A stretch of DNA of 64,000 nucleotides. Source: Octopus vulgaris (lineage: Eukaryota). The position numbers and the translations under genes were made by a program. The notes under the pieces were generated by a model. It was not told the DNA's origin and did not search any database. It saw nothing but the letters and a program-made list of their open reading frames with translations. Positions 13,863-27,703 of the stretch are shown one piece after another (positions within the stretch are counted from its first letter, which is position 1; each line of letters starts with the position of its first letter). The DNA lies in NCBI GenBank assembly GCA_951406725.2, contig OX597834.1:10168001-10232000 (forward strand), in the 5' to 3' direction.

Positions 13863-14684
13863 AATATATGTATGTATGTATGTATGTGTATGTATGTGCG
13901 TGTATCATACAGACCTTTTGTGTTTTATACAATATTTTCACTTTCTATCCTTGGCATCAATAGCTCTTTCCCAAAGTTTCCATTTCTAAAAACCGCCTCA
14001 ATTTCCATCTTTCTAATGTCCTGTTCCCCTAACCCCCACCAACTTACACCCGCTTCTCATCGCATGTGCGTTCGTCTTTCTGCCAGCTTCCATTTAAATT
14101 AATAATTTATTGCTTATCTTTACTTTCTCCAATGTCTTATGTTCCATACGACTTGCCAAAATGTATTTATCTTCTATTGAAAACTCTCTAAACGTTTAAA
14201 TCTCACCTGATTTTTATGGCTGCAATTTTCTTTTGCCCATCCGTGTGATGTGCAATATTAAACTATTTTAACATAATTCCAAAAGTTTGCTTTTCAAAGA
14301 TTTTTCTTTTAGAAGTGGCGGTGGGATGAATGGGGTCTATAATTCAGCTGTCTACACTATCGCAAATATGTGTGTACACATGCAAATATACATACGTACA
14401 TACATACATACTGTTGTGTGGATGCCCCCAAACGACGAAGTAGGCTAGCCCAATACGTAGATATAGAGAGATAAGTATAGACGTAGAGTTGAGTTGAGTA
14501 GAGGTCATCCGAAAGTGCGACATAACACACGCATACATACATACGTATTGCCATTGGAGCAACAGCATATATACCCAAACGTGTGGTGGATAGTATGTTT
14601 GAACTTCGAATCTTGGGGTGAGAATGTAAACCCTTAATTCATATAACAAATAATCACGATATCTGGGACTATAACTACAGATAT

Positions 14685-14893
14685 ACTCTTTTACTCTTTT
14701 CAGTCATTTACCTGCGGCTATGCTAGAGCACCGCCTTTAAGTCGAGCAAATCGATCCCATGACTTATTTTTTGTAAGCCTAGAACTTATTCTATCAGCCT
14801 CTTTTGCCGAACCACTAAGGGACGGGAACGTAAACACACCAGCATCGGTTGTCAAGCGATGTTGGGGGTTGGGGACAAACACACATAAAACAT

Positions 14894-14958
<65 letters not shown>

Positions 14959-15110
14959 TACGATGGGCTTCTTTCAGTTTCTGTCTACCAAATCCACTCA
15001 CAAGGCTTTGGTCGGCCCAAGGCTATAGTAATAGACAGTTGCCCAAGGTGCCATGCAGTGGGACTGAACCCGAAACCATGTGATTGGTAAGCAAGCTACA
15101 TACCACACAG
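14685..15110 (-). mobile_element. SINE family A, near full length
   Basis: Reverse complement of the family A consensus, with internal microsatellite. Confidence 0.9.
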
Positions 15111-15594
15111 CGTAAACTTTCGTTCTCTGTTTTTTTCCCCAAGCATGGGATCATAGTATAAGCTATATAATATCCCCATCACCTTTTCCGCATGTGTCGC
15201 ATTTATCATTCTTCTTCTTCATCTTCGAGAAATGGACGAGAACAGATCTGAGAGTATGCTTGTTGATAACTGTGAGCGTGCTTTTCGAGGGCGCTACGGA
15301 TAGCTTTCGGAGAAATTCTCCTTTCTGCTTTCCGAAGTCGAGAGTATAAGTACCAACTGAGCCTCGTGGTCGATGTAATCGACAAAGACTCTCCTCCACA
15401 ATCTCCTTTTCATCATTATTATTATTCACTAGTTCTATTTGTATCATTGCACAACCGAACGCAGTTCTGTGTGCCTTGGGTATGTGCTGTGGTTTTTTTG
15501 TGGTCCTCTTATTTTAAGTGCTTTAAGTGCTTTTAAGTGCTTTAAGGAGGATGTGTGCGGTACCTAGTAGCGCTATTTTCTTTATGTTATATAT

Positions 15595-15885
15595 CATCAT
15601 CATCATGTAACCGACCAGACCATCAGATGTTGCTACACACCGCTGGTCACAATGCGTTCGCATTGTTTTAGCCTTCGAACGACGCCACCCCGCTGGCTAA
15701 GCAAGCAGACCAACAGAAGAAGGAATGGGAGAAAGAGTGGTGAAAAAGTACAGCAGGGGTCACCATCCCCTGCCAGAGCCTCGTGGAGCTTTTAGGTGTT
15801 TCCGCTCAATAAACACACACAACGCCCGGTCTAGGAATCGAAACCGCGATTCTCCGACCTAACCACTGAGTCATTGCGCCAATAC
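15595..15885 (-). mobile_element. SINE with the family C head and a different 3' tail ending (ATG)n
   Basis: Head shared with 8691-8870; unrelated tail; TSD atgttatatat at about 15584-15594 and 15886-15896. Confidence 0.8.
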
Positions 15886-15926
15886 ATGTTATATATACGT
15901 GTATCATAATATATTTATAATTAATA

Positions 15927-16074
15927 GGCGTAGGAGTGGCTGAGTGGTAGGTAGCTTCCTTACAAGCCACATGTTTCCGGGTTCAGTCCCATTGCGTGGC
16001 ACCTTGGGCAAGTGTCTTCTCCTATAGCCTCGGGCCCAGTGGATTTGGTAGACGGAAACTGAAAGAAAACCGTC

Positions 16075-16124
<50 letters not shown>

Positions 16125-16335
16125 ATGTATGTGTGTCTGTGTTTGCCCCCCCCCCCAACATCGCTTGACAACCGATGCTGGTGTGTTTACGTCCCCGTAA
16201 CTTAGCGGCTCGGTAAAAGAGACTGATAGAATAAGTTCTAGGCTTAGAAAAAAATAAGTCCTGGGGTCGATTTGCTCAACTAAAGGCGGTGCTCCAGCAT
16301 GGCCGCAGTCAAATGACTGAAACAATTAAAAAAAT
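15927..16335 (+). mobile_element. SINE family A, full length
   Basis: ggcgtaggagtggctg... through ...gcagtcaaatgactgaaac. Confidence 0.9.
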
Positions 16336-16370
16336 AAAAAGAAGCAAAAATTAAAATGCACTTACTATTA

Positions 16371-16404
<34 letters not shown>

Positions 16405-16954
16405 CGTTATTATTATTATTATTCAGTATATCCATTCACGTTGTTACTGCTATTATTCTTTTATCCATCTTCTTCCTGTTGCTCATACCCTCAGATGCAC
16501 TCCTTCCGTTTTTTCTTTCCCCACATCCCATCCTATACCTTCCGTCATTTTTTTCCGGTTACTTACACAATAAAATGCCTCACAATCCGCCTCGTATCAT
16601 ACACCTCTTCAACATTTCTTCTACACTATTTTGAAAAAAAATCATCTTCTTCTTCTCATTCTTCAGAACTACATAACATTACTAAAGCCATCATGTTCCT
16701 TTTGTTATGATATCATGACGATATTCCATATTTTTTCACAATTATTATTATATTTTTTTGTTTTTTTTTTACTTATTTTGTTCTACCTGTGTTTCCTACA
16801 TTTCATCCGGTTTTTTTTGGGGTTTTTTTTGGAAAAATGGGTTTACGTCCATCCATACCGGAAAGAATCAAATATTTTTTTAAACGAAATTTTTTGTTTT
16901 TGATTATCCTACAAATTTACTCTCGCTGAATCTATAAATCTATATACTTGTACA

Positions 16955-17009
16955 TGTATACGCATATATATATATATATATATATATATACACTTGCACG
17001 TGTATACGC

Positions 17010-17043
<34 letters not shown>

Positions 17044-17105
17044 TTGCACGTGTATACGCATTTATATATATATATATATATATATACACTTGCACATGTA
17101 TACGC

Positions 17106-17136
<31 letters not shown>

Positions 17137-17200
17137 CTTGCACATGTATACGCATTTATATATATATATACTTGTACATCTATACGCATTTATATATATA
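16955..17200. repeat. Minisatellite, about 5 units of cttgcac(g/a)tgtatacgcattt(at)n
   Basis: Directly visible tandem units with a variable (TA)n spacer. Confidence 0.9.
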
Positions 17201-17445
17201 TATATGAACATATATGTGTGGTGGTGGTGGCGGCGGCGGCCATTATTTTTCTTTGTTGACTTGTTTTACTCCTTTGCCGATCGACAAACTCACTTTGCTC
17301 ACTGATTCGCTTGTCTAATAACGCTTTCAAATTGCGAAGCGACCAACAAAACCGATTTATTTATATTCGCTACCGTTCCGAAAAACAAATATTCTCCTAA
17401 TCTTGTAGATTTCATTCAGACGCGCATATGTACTCTCTCTTTCCC

Positions 17446-17481
<36 letters not shown>

Positions 17482-17908
17482 CTCTCTCTCTCTCGCACAT
17501 ACGTGTATACATTCGTATATTTATACGATTACATATATACATGTTTGTATATGTGTATGTACGTGAATGCATATATATATATATATAATACGGTATTATT
17601 ATATTATATATCTATATATCTATATATATATCTATATATATATATGTGTGTGTGTGTGTATATTATATATATCTATGCATATATGTCATATGTATATATA
17701 TATATATGCGAATATATATTATATATATCTATGCATATATATATATATCTATATATATATATCTATATATATATATGTGTGTGTGTGTATATTATATATA
17801 TCTATGCATATATGTCATATGTATATATATATATGCGTATATATATTTATATGCGAATATATATTATATTTTTTTTTTTGTACTAGTATTTGACTGCATA
17901 TATATTTT

Positions 17909-18061
17909 AGAGTGGTGAAAGAGTACAGCAGGATCACCACCTCTGCCGGAGCCTCGTGGAGCTTTTAGGTGTTTTTTTCGCTCAATAAACACATCTGGGA
18001 ATCGAAACCGCGATCCTCCGACCGCAAGTCCGCTGCCTAACCACTAGGCCATTGCGCCTCC
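17909..18061 (-). mobile_element. SINE family C, 5' part
   Basis: Reverse complement of the 8691 head. Confidence 0.8.
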
Positions 18062-19045
18062 GTGTATATATATATATATATATATATGTGTATATATATA
18101 TATATGCATATATATATATTATATATATCTCCATATATATATTATATATATATATATCTGCATATATATATATATATATCATATGTATATATATATACAT
18201 ATATATGTATATATGTATACATACATATATATGAATATATATATATGCATATATATATATATGCATATATGTTTACATATATATACATATATATATTCTC
18301 ATATATGTGTTCATGCGTATATATATATATATATATATTATGTAAATATATGTGTTTATGTGTGTGTGTATCTATATGCCTATACATGTGTGTGCACCTA
18401 TTTACTAATGTCATCTCTTCCTTTTTTCTGTTTTTCGTTTTTCTTTCCCTATTCAAACATACATAAAGCACACACACACACACACACACACGCGGAGAAA
18501 TACTTATAACGAAGTATATGCAGGCATTTACAAGTACGCAAAAGTTTGGCTTCTTCTAATCGTTAGAGAAGGAAAGAAATAAAAGCTAGATGGTGTTTTG
18601 GTTATGAGCTATGCGAATTACTATTTGTCGGAAGATGTGGCTTGGATATAGGTTTTAAAAATAGGGAAAAGATGAGAAAAAAATAAACGTTAATAATAAT
18701 AATAATGATAATAATAATGATAGTAATAATGAAAATGATAATAATGATATTAATAATAATGATGATGCTGATAGTGATAATAATGAAAATAATAATAATA
18801 ATAGTAATAACAATAATAGTAATAATAATAAAAGAAGAAGAAGGGAAGAAAAAGAAGAGGAGGATGACGAAGTGGTAAAGGAGAGATCTATAAAAATTCA
18901 TTGGTTGATCATAGAAGAAAAATAAATTGCATACATACATACATACATACACACGCACATACACGATACTTATATATATACATATATATATATATACATA
19001 TACATATATATACATACATATACATATATATATATATATATACAT

Positions 19046-19078
<33 letters not shown>

Positions 19079-19083
19079 CATAC

Positions 19084-19115
<32 letters not shown>

Positions 19116-19176
19116 ACATATATACATACATATACATACATATATATACACATATACATACACAATACATATATAT

Positions 19177-19234
<58 letters not shown>

Positions 19235-20244
19235 ATGTATGTATATTTGAGCCATTATGCTTTCGGCGATGGTTCTTTTGTAATATAAATATTATAGCAG
19301 AATGATTTGATTTCAGAGAAAACAAAACCCTTTAAAATGTGAGATAGAATGGAATACTGTAAAGTACTAAGGCAATTACTTATTCAAACAAATTATGTAA
19401 ACATCTGAATAAACTCATACTTTAACACAAACGTATATATATGTATGTATGTATGTAGATATGAATGTATGTATATGTATATATATGTGTATCTATGTAA
19501 ATGTATTTATGTATGTATGTATGTATGTGTGTATATATATGTATGTGTTTATGTGAGTACTCACGGCTAAGTGCAAATGTGAACGCACACTACAGCGTAA
19601 TATAATAAAATATAATATAATGTAATATGGTATAATGCAATACAATGCGATAGATAGATAGATAGATATTATTTTGTAGACATATAGATTTCGTTCTTAG
19701 ATAAACAATCAGTCAATTTGCGTATGAATTACCACATCTATACGGACAATACACACGCGCACATATTCATATATACATACATACATACAGGACACACGCG
19801 CAAAAATTATCTTTATATTATATATAGAGGGAGAGATAAGTAAAGTGAAAGAGATGAGCTTCAGTAAATAAATATCTCACGTACAACTTCATTGTTTGTA
19901 CGCAGTATTTCAGACTCAAACATATATGCAATACAAAACAACAGGAATAGAGTTCGTATTTTTGTTGAACAAGCATCTTGTAAATTCTAGCTGCAATTCA
20001 TCACAAATTTCAATACACACACAAACACACACGCACATGCACATATATATATCCTGCACAAGTGCACAGTGTGCCGCACGTTAGAAATCATCGCAGAGCA
20101 ACATGAGATGAAGTGCTTTGTTCAAGAACACCGCGCATCGCCTGGTGCAGAAATCGAAACCACCACTGCGCAATTATGAGTCCATTGTCCTAACCACTAC
20201 TGAACAAAACACCCTATCTCATGTTGCTGGCAGTCGCCATGATA

Positions 20245-20421
20245 GATCGCTAGCCACTACCCACATTTTGTCTCTCCTTGTTTTTTCTGTGTCCCTTTCT
20301 GTAGAAGAGCGTAGGCTCGAAACATAAAAGACTTTTTTCTATTCTTGAGCGTTATACTAATACATCTATTTGTTTTGTACACCTCCTGTCTTCGTCTTTT
20401 GGTTTTTTTTTCGTAAAATCT

Positions 20422-20425
<4 letters not shown>
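20245..20425 (+). mobile_element. Penelope-like terminal-repeat remnant (family D1) with a hammerhead-like motif
   Basis: cttt-CTGTAGA-a-gagc(gtag)gctc-GAAAcata-aaag at 20295-20330; ends in (TA)n. Related copies at about 46976-47150 (+) and 60829-60957 (-). Confidence 0.6.
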
Positions 20426-20457
<32 letters not shown>

Positions 20458-23077
20458 TTGAAATTACCCCATTTTAATATTTGTTGTAATGGTTGTTTTA
20501 GTAATATCACTTCAAGCGGTTCGAATTATGCTCTGCTGACGATAACAATTGACGATGAAACAGTACTATACATGACTAACAACGACTAAAATCCAAGACT
20601 TTTATTGTATGTAGTAAGAAAAAAAATATATATTATATGCTCTATTCTCTTTGAGGTAATTTTCTCAAATTTACTTAACCAAGAACAGAAGGTCACATTT
20701 ATAATAATAAAAACCTCCAGAAGCAAACGACTTGTATTCTCCAAAGTTTTGTGAAAGCCAGAAAATAAGTGTAACTGTGGAAATTTGACTATTTGTGCAC
20801 ATGCATTTCGTCGACTCTAGAACAGATCAAAGATCGAACTCATTCCTATATTCCAATATTATTCTTTAGATTAGAAGTAAAAGGTATAGAATGACATTAC
20901 ATTGAATGACATTTTCAATCTAGTTTATTCAATAAGAGGAAACTCATCCCAAGTTATAATCTCCTCCAGTTTTATAAGATCCAGTTTTGCAATTAGAATA
21001 AAAGTATTGGAAAATATTTAACACGATCTCTGCAAAATAGACTACCCAGCCGTAACGAAATACTCCAAAACCTGTCACAAGTCCAAAATAGCTAGAGAGC
21101 ATATATTATAAAAGGTAAACGAACCTATAAAAGTAAATATAAATAAAATAGCCACCGTGAAATTGTATACCTCGTCAACATAGTAATAACTCCTAAAAAT
21201 CAGTTATGTACTCATCTACACTATGAGTACCATTAAAGAAAACGCATTGATTATTTTGCTACGATATCGAAGCAGTTTAGCCATGAATTACATCAGCATA
21301 ATTCTACATTTAAAACAGTTCAAACAGGATTTAGAATGTTCTTATTATGACATAATATTGCTTTCAAATTCTGGTGCAAAGCCTCTCAAATGAAATTGCT
21401 GGCCAAGTTGAAGACATTGACCTCAATGCTCAACCGGTACTTATTTTATCAACCCCACTTAAGGATGAAAGTTAAAATTCGACCTTAGTGGAATTTGAAA
21501 GATGGAAGAAATGCCGCTAAACATATAGTCCGGCCTGCTCGTCGTCTTTGTATATGTCTTAATATAGATTGAAGATAATTAAAAGATAAAAAAAAACTTC
21601 TTACAATAAAATGCTTTCTATGACTTCTGCATCAAAGGAAAACTTTGACGAATGAAACACAAAGCCAAAACAATGTTGAACTACGCATAATAGCTGTCCC
21701 TCAACTCACACAACTGGGTATAATGTTCATAACTAACATAACTACCTTCTCACAGAAGTTTTATGAAATCCAAACGAAACAATTTCTGTTTTCTCTCATA
21801 CAAGATGCTATCAGACTTGTTTCGTGCACATTAATGTACCACTCTTTGGTTCAGTGAACAATTTCTTCGCAACCCTATATGGGTTCTTCAGGAACTCTTC
21901 TCAAATCATTTTACTTTCTTGTCTACACTCATATCTACGGATATTTCGTGGCACAATGCAGAGTTTTCTTTTCAAATTCTCATACCGTAGCGTGAGGCCA
22001 GGTTTTCCTTCTTTACCCCGTACATTTCCGTTGCTTTGTGAAGGATGAAAAGCTAAGTCGATTTCGGCGGAATTTGAACTCAGAACGTAACGACAGACAA
22101 AATACCGCTAAGCATTTCGCCCGGCGTACTAACGTTTCTGCCAGCTCACCGATATTTACATTTTACAGTTGTTTCATAACCACTGTTCTTCGTCACTGCG
22201 TCCCATACTAATCAACGAATGTGTGGTTTAACAAAAGCGAATTGTTAAATACAGACTGACTGACTGGAGTACACAATGGGATGAGTAAGATAGACTAAAA
22301 TCATCGCAACTATTGGCCCAGCGAGGAAAGAAGCAAATCAGTAAAATGGATACGTGTATGGACTTGTTTTTGTGGACAAGCGTGTTTGTGTAGGAGTGTT
22401 AGTTTAAATTTGCACATTCGCAAAAGCACAGAATAATAACGAGCTGCAAAAAATTGGTGATAGAGATGGAAATGGAGATTTAGCTTCGAATAAATGAATG
22501 CACCATAAAATATATATATATATATATATACATATACACATACATATAAATATATACATACATATACATATATACACACATATATACACATATACATATA
22601 TACACACATATACATATATACACACATACATATATACACACATATACATATATACATACATATACATATATACATACATATATACACACATATACATATA
22701 TACATACATATACACACATACATATATACATACATATACACACATATACATATATACATACATATATATATACACACACATATATATATATACATATATA
22801 CACACACACACACACATACATATATACATATATAGATACATATATACATATATAGATACATATACATATATAGATACATATATACACATATATATACATA
22901 CATATAGATACATATAGATACATATATATACATATATATACATACATATAGATACATATACATACATATATATACATACACATACATATATATACATATA
23001 TATATACGTATATATATTTACATTGGCATTGTGAGTATTATTTATTTTCCTTTAGCTTATCTTCTATCATATAGTCA

Positions 23078-23127
<50 letters not shown>

Positions 23128-23524
23128 CGATAATATACTTATGTCGTAATCTTATTTTCTTTCTCCAGCATCCAATTCACAACGTTAATCAAATATCAAA
23201 TGTACATTTATTCGACATTTTACTGTCTACTTTATCTATAAACTACACCGATTGTACAGCATTAGTGAAACAAAATCACTCCGAAATACAATTCTTGTGA
23301 AATCATCGCTAGGAAATGTCTGCAGACCACTACGAGAAAGAAATATCTTAGAATCGAAATAGTCGTGTGGGTTATGACATTGTACAATAATTAACCGTGC
23401 TATTTACGTTCAAATCCATAATGGTGTTTCCTTTCTTGTTTTCGTTTAACTTCGGGCTATCTTTGATAGTGTAGCTGTGTGATGAAAGCCATTCGCGCTT
23501 TAACCATCCAGTATGTATTCAACT

Positions 23525-23846
23525 GTGAGGGCGCGTGGCTAAGTGGTTAGGGCATTCGGCTCATGATCGTAAGGTTGTGAGTTCGATTCCCGGCGACGCG
23601 TTGTGTCCTTGAGCAAGACACTTTATTTCACGTTGCTCCAGTCCACTCAGCTGGCAAAAATGAGTTGTACTTGTATTTCAAAGGGTCAGCCTTGTCACTC
23701 TCTGTGTCACGCTGATTATCCCCGAGAACTACGTTAACGGTACACGTGCCTGTGGAATGCTCAGCCATTTGCACGTTAATTTCACGAGCAAGCTGTTCCG
23801 TTGATCGTATCAGCTGGGACCCTCGTCGTCGTAACCGGCGGAGTCT
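23525..23846 (+). mobile_element. SINE with a second tRNA head plus central gtgtccttgagcaagacactt block, and the family C 3' tail
   Basis: The head differs from 8691, but the sequence from tgtatttcaaaggg onward matches 8896-9060. A degraded relative lies at about 55850-56160. Confidence 0.8.
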
Positions 23847-24166
23847 TTTAGTCTTTAGTCTTTATGTCTTCAACTTACTGTATCTATTGTTGCATCATGT
23901 AGTAAGCATCAAAATCATCTGGGTTCAAACCGTACCACACCCGCCTTAATCAAACTGGTTCATGGCAAACGGTAGTCCTCTTAGGACACATGGCGCTTAT
24001 GATTTGTGTCTTTCCAGGTATAGTTCTTCTCTAGTTGTGAAATCGAATTGCCAGCTGGGTAGGGAGTTGAACTCACGATTGCGAGATCGTGACTTCTTTC
24101 TCTGAACCGGATGGTGTGTCGTGTTCTTGAGCGAAACCCTTCATCTCATGTTGCACTGCGATTATA

Positions 24167-24403
24167 TCTATTTCTTTACTACCTACCCATTAGGGGCTAA
24201 ACACAGAGGGGACAAAAAAGGACAGACAAACGGATTAAGTCGATTACATCGACCCCAGTGCGTATCTGGTACTTAATTTATCGACCCCGAAAGGATGAAA
24301 GACAAAGTCGACCTCGGCGGAATTTGAACTCAGAGTGTAACGACAGGCGAAATACCGCTCAGCATTTCGTCCGGCGTGCTAACGTTTCGGCCAGCTCGCC
24401 GCC
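24167..24403 (-). mobile_element. SINE family B, full length
   Basis: Reverse complement of the family B consensus. Confidence 0.9.
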
Positions 24404-25206
24404 TACGATCATATCGATATACGACGTGTGGTACATCATGCATCTGTTCAAGCAACGTCAATTTGACGGAGTGGGTGAGCTAACTGTACAGCACAACCAT
24501 TTGATCTCTCTTAACAAATAATTTGTGCAGGCTGTGGAGCAGGAAACTGCAGGCGCGATCACGTACCATGCGGACATGGTTAAGTATCATTACCTAAAAC
24601 CTTGTGTCGACTCCTATCTCATGTGAGAAGATATTTAGTTGGAAAGTACGGAATACTGTCGAAGGGATTGTTCTTGTTATACAAATGAACAGCCTTGTCA
24701 CAGACTGACAAGCAGATATACACGTTTGTGAAATGCTCAGCTTTATTTCCACATAAATTCGTAAACATATGAACTTTCCAGTACTCGTTGTTAAAACGAT
24801 GAAGAACCATGAATCCATTTATGTGTGTGTGTACACAAACACACATATATACACACATATATACGGTACCTTCGAAACACGCAATGAGTCGAAACAGGGG
24901 CAGCTGAAGAAGGGGAATGTTCCTTGTGTCGTATGACCTGTACTTTGTTTTTTCGTTGTTAAAAAAAAAGTCCTTTTCCCTATTTTGTTTTTATGTTTTC
25001 GTTTCTCGTTGTGTTCTACGTTTATTTGTGGTGTCCTGTACCCATATATACATGTATATATACATATGCATATGTTTTATTTATTTAATTGTTATATATA
25101 TATATATATAAAAGTGTGTGTATATATATGTGTATATATATATAAAAGTGTGTGTGTATATATATATATATATATCTCGGCATACATATATAAAAATCGG
25201 CATACA

Positions 25207-25246
<40 letters not shown>

Positions 25247-25731
25247 TGCATATATGTGTGCATATTTGTCATTGTACTTGTAATATATTATCTGTACCTG
25301 TATGTATGTATGTGTGTGTAGCCATGTTACTTGTCTCATATGAATTCATATAAAGTATCCAACTGCAGGTTGCAATATTTTCTCGCTCAATTTCAATAGC
25401 ATCCAATTAGCTATTTAATACATCCTGTATGTCGTAGCGTAAATACACCCCGATATATCGGTAGTATTCGAAAACATAGTTTCACGCTTTTGCCTTTCCT
25501 ACCTTTGGGTCGCTGTTACACATCTTTTCCCAGATTGTCAAATGCAAAAATATCGTAGCCCATATGACAAGGAACTTCAAAATTCATGGGTTTACCTACA
25601 ATTTCTTCGTCTTTCCTTTTTTTCGCTTCACCCACTTCCGTTTCTTCCACTTTTTCCCCAATCTTTTCTTCCTCAAATTATTCTAATTATCACTGTCTTC
25701 TAACAACAGCACCAACCACCAATTGAGTTAC

Positions 25732-26575
25732 CAATAAGTATCTGACTGTTGCCATAGTAACGCTTGGCACAGATTGACCTTAAGCTCTGCTGTGCATGCG
25801 CACTAACTTTTAACGTTCTAGCTGACTTCCGCTGTTTACAGCAGTGCTTGGAAGGAAGGGGTGTAGCGTGTGATCACCGCATTGACTATAACAGAGAAAG
25901 CTAATCGGAGAATCTGCATCATATTTTGCCAAAATCTTGGCGATACCTGCTCAGATGCCTACGCAAAGAATTCAAAGTTTTCATCGTTCTGGACACAATC
26001 AAGATCTTGTGCAACGGAAACCTGAGTGTCTTTTCTGTCAGCAATTTTGGCAAAAACTTTGCAGACACGGGTCTCATACCCAAATCTTCAGTGATAATGG
26101 GCTGAACTAAACTGCAACTTAACTGCACATGCTCTGAAAAATCACGGATGGTGATTGAACGATTTCCCCCTTACAGTTGCACGCACATTTGCGATGTTTT
26201 TCTCTGTTCTACTGGTCGCGGGTCTCCCAGAACGTTCGTCAATATCGACATATTTCGGCCATCTTGGAAACGTCTGAACCCATGATACACCTGTGCACAA
26301 TTCGTAGACTCCTCTCCACACATTTTCTACAGCTTTGCGTCGGCCTCTGAGCAGGTATCGTCACGACAACTTTCTCTGCCATGATCAATGCAACGATCAC
26401 TTACTACATACGTTCCTTCTAAGCACTGCTGTAAATAGCAGAAGTGAGTTGGATCGTTAAAATTTACTACGCATGTACAGCATAGTTCAAGGCCAGTCTG
26501 TGTTAAGCGGCCTCACTGCGTGCTTTTGCTTTGTTACTATGACGACAGTCCGGAAACTTATTGATCAGACATCGT
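25732..26575 (-). mobile_element. Non-autonomous mariner derivative with long (~230 bp) imperfect inverted arms and a decayed transposase N-terminus
   Basis: Minus-strand peptide pieces FRRFQDGR..DIDERSGRPATSRTEKNIANVRATV...ITEDLGMRPVSAKFLPKLLTE. Plus-strand arm NRRICIIFCQNLGDTCSDAYAK. 25732-25967 is the inverse of about 26327-26563. Confidence 0.85.
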
Positions 26576-26579
26576 TTGT

Positions 26580-26776
26580 GTATCGTTGGCGATTTTTTTC
26601 TTCCGTCTTCCCTTCCTTGGATGTTTCTTTTTTGTATGTTTCTGACGAAGAGCTCCGCTCGAAACATTGAATCTGCCTTCTTTTTTTCCTTTCCTGAGCG
26701 TCCAATAACACTATACTTGTTCCACGTCCTCGCGTTGTCGTGTTTTCTCTTTGTGTTTTCATGTTTGGATTAACTA
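26580..26776 (+). mobile_element. Penelope-like terminal-repeat remnant (family D2) with a hammerhead-like motif
   Basis: gttt-CTGACGA-a-gagc(tcc)gctc-GAAAc at 26638-26665; ends ggattaac+(TA)n. Second copy at about 47190-47360. Confidence 0.6.
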
Positions 26777-26778
26777 TG

Positions 26779-26838
<60 letters not shown>

Positions 26839-26869
26839 CAAAATAAGCAACAAGGATATCCAGAGGTAA

Positions 26870-26961
26870 TGCAGTACGATCGTTTCATGCGACTCCATTT
26901 AATTGAACAATGCAATCATTTCATTACATCAATTTAAAATGTAGAGCAATCTTCAGCTGCA
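26870..26961 (-). ncRNA. Type I hammerhead ribozyme motif within a probable Penelope-like remnant
   Basis: Minus strand reads UGCAG-CUGAAGA-(63-nt imperfect stem II)-GAAA-CGAUCG-UA-CUGCA: a 5-bp stem I, palindromic stem III (ACGAUCGU) and a GUA cleavage triplet. Confidence 0.7.
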
Positions 26962-27266
26962 CAAAGACATAGAATTTAATTAAATTAGATGGACACATTA
27001 GTATAATTTTACCCCAAATCTCCAAGAGAATATGGAGATAGACAAAGAACGTATGTGTGTGTGTGTGTGTGTACATATATACATTACATATAATCGAAAT
27101 GAAGGGACAAAGAATGAATTTGTTATATCTTTAGTGACCAGTTACACTTGTTTCCGTACCAGCTTTGTTCTCAACACCAATGCACGCTAATAATTCCATG
27201 TTGAAAGTTACTTATGTCTAAGGTGTTGGTCAAGTGATATAGATGTCTTTGATGCGACCGCTTTAA

Positions 27267-27482
27267 CTCTTTAGTGTTCAGATTACTCTGTTAAATGTAA
27301 TATTTTTCGCTCAAATTGTTTTGAATTAATTATTTATTACGTTATAGCTTTGAGTTTTCAGTGTGATTGTTTATTTTTAGAATGACAATGTAGGTTAGGT
27401 GTGAAAGGCTAGATACGGCCAGGTTGAATATAAAACATGGAGAATATTTGGGCCAGATATGGCCGGTTTAAACATTAAAGGG
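27267..27482. mobile_element. piggyBac-like MITE
   Basis: TTAA on both sides (27263-27266, 27483-27486); termini ctctttagtgtt ... aacattaaaggg are imperfect inverted repeats. Confidence 0.6.
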
Positions 27483-27703
27483 TTAAGGGCGGAAGATCAA
27501 TTAAGGATGTTCGTTCTTCTATCTCTCAATGGATAAATAATAAAAAAAATTTTTTTTGTATGTTTGTTGCATAAATTTACATATTATATTATTGCAAACT
27601 ATAGAATGAATTTAGTTATTTTAATCTTATATTTTCTTTAGTTGTGTTACAATCTCGTTCCTATTACGAAACTCATCGATGCATTTCTCTTTTCTACTTG
27701 CAG

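Noticed and set aside
24904-24925. CTGAAGA in family E (also near 36412) as a hammerhead core
   Set aside because: No downstream GAAA/stem III/NUH arrangement.
1-27703. The preceding glutamate receptor exon (expected GGIF...AF..AV..IN...DSF..SK)
   Set aside because: Candidate donors at about 9611 and 20884 did not give matching open frames. The exon is probably upstream of the window, though a manual search could miss it.
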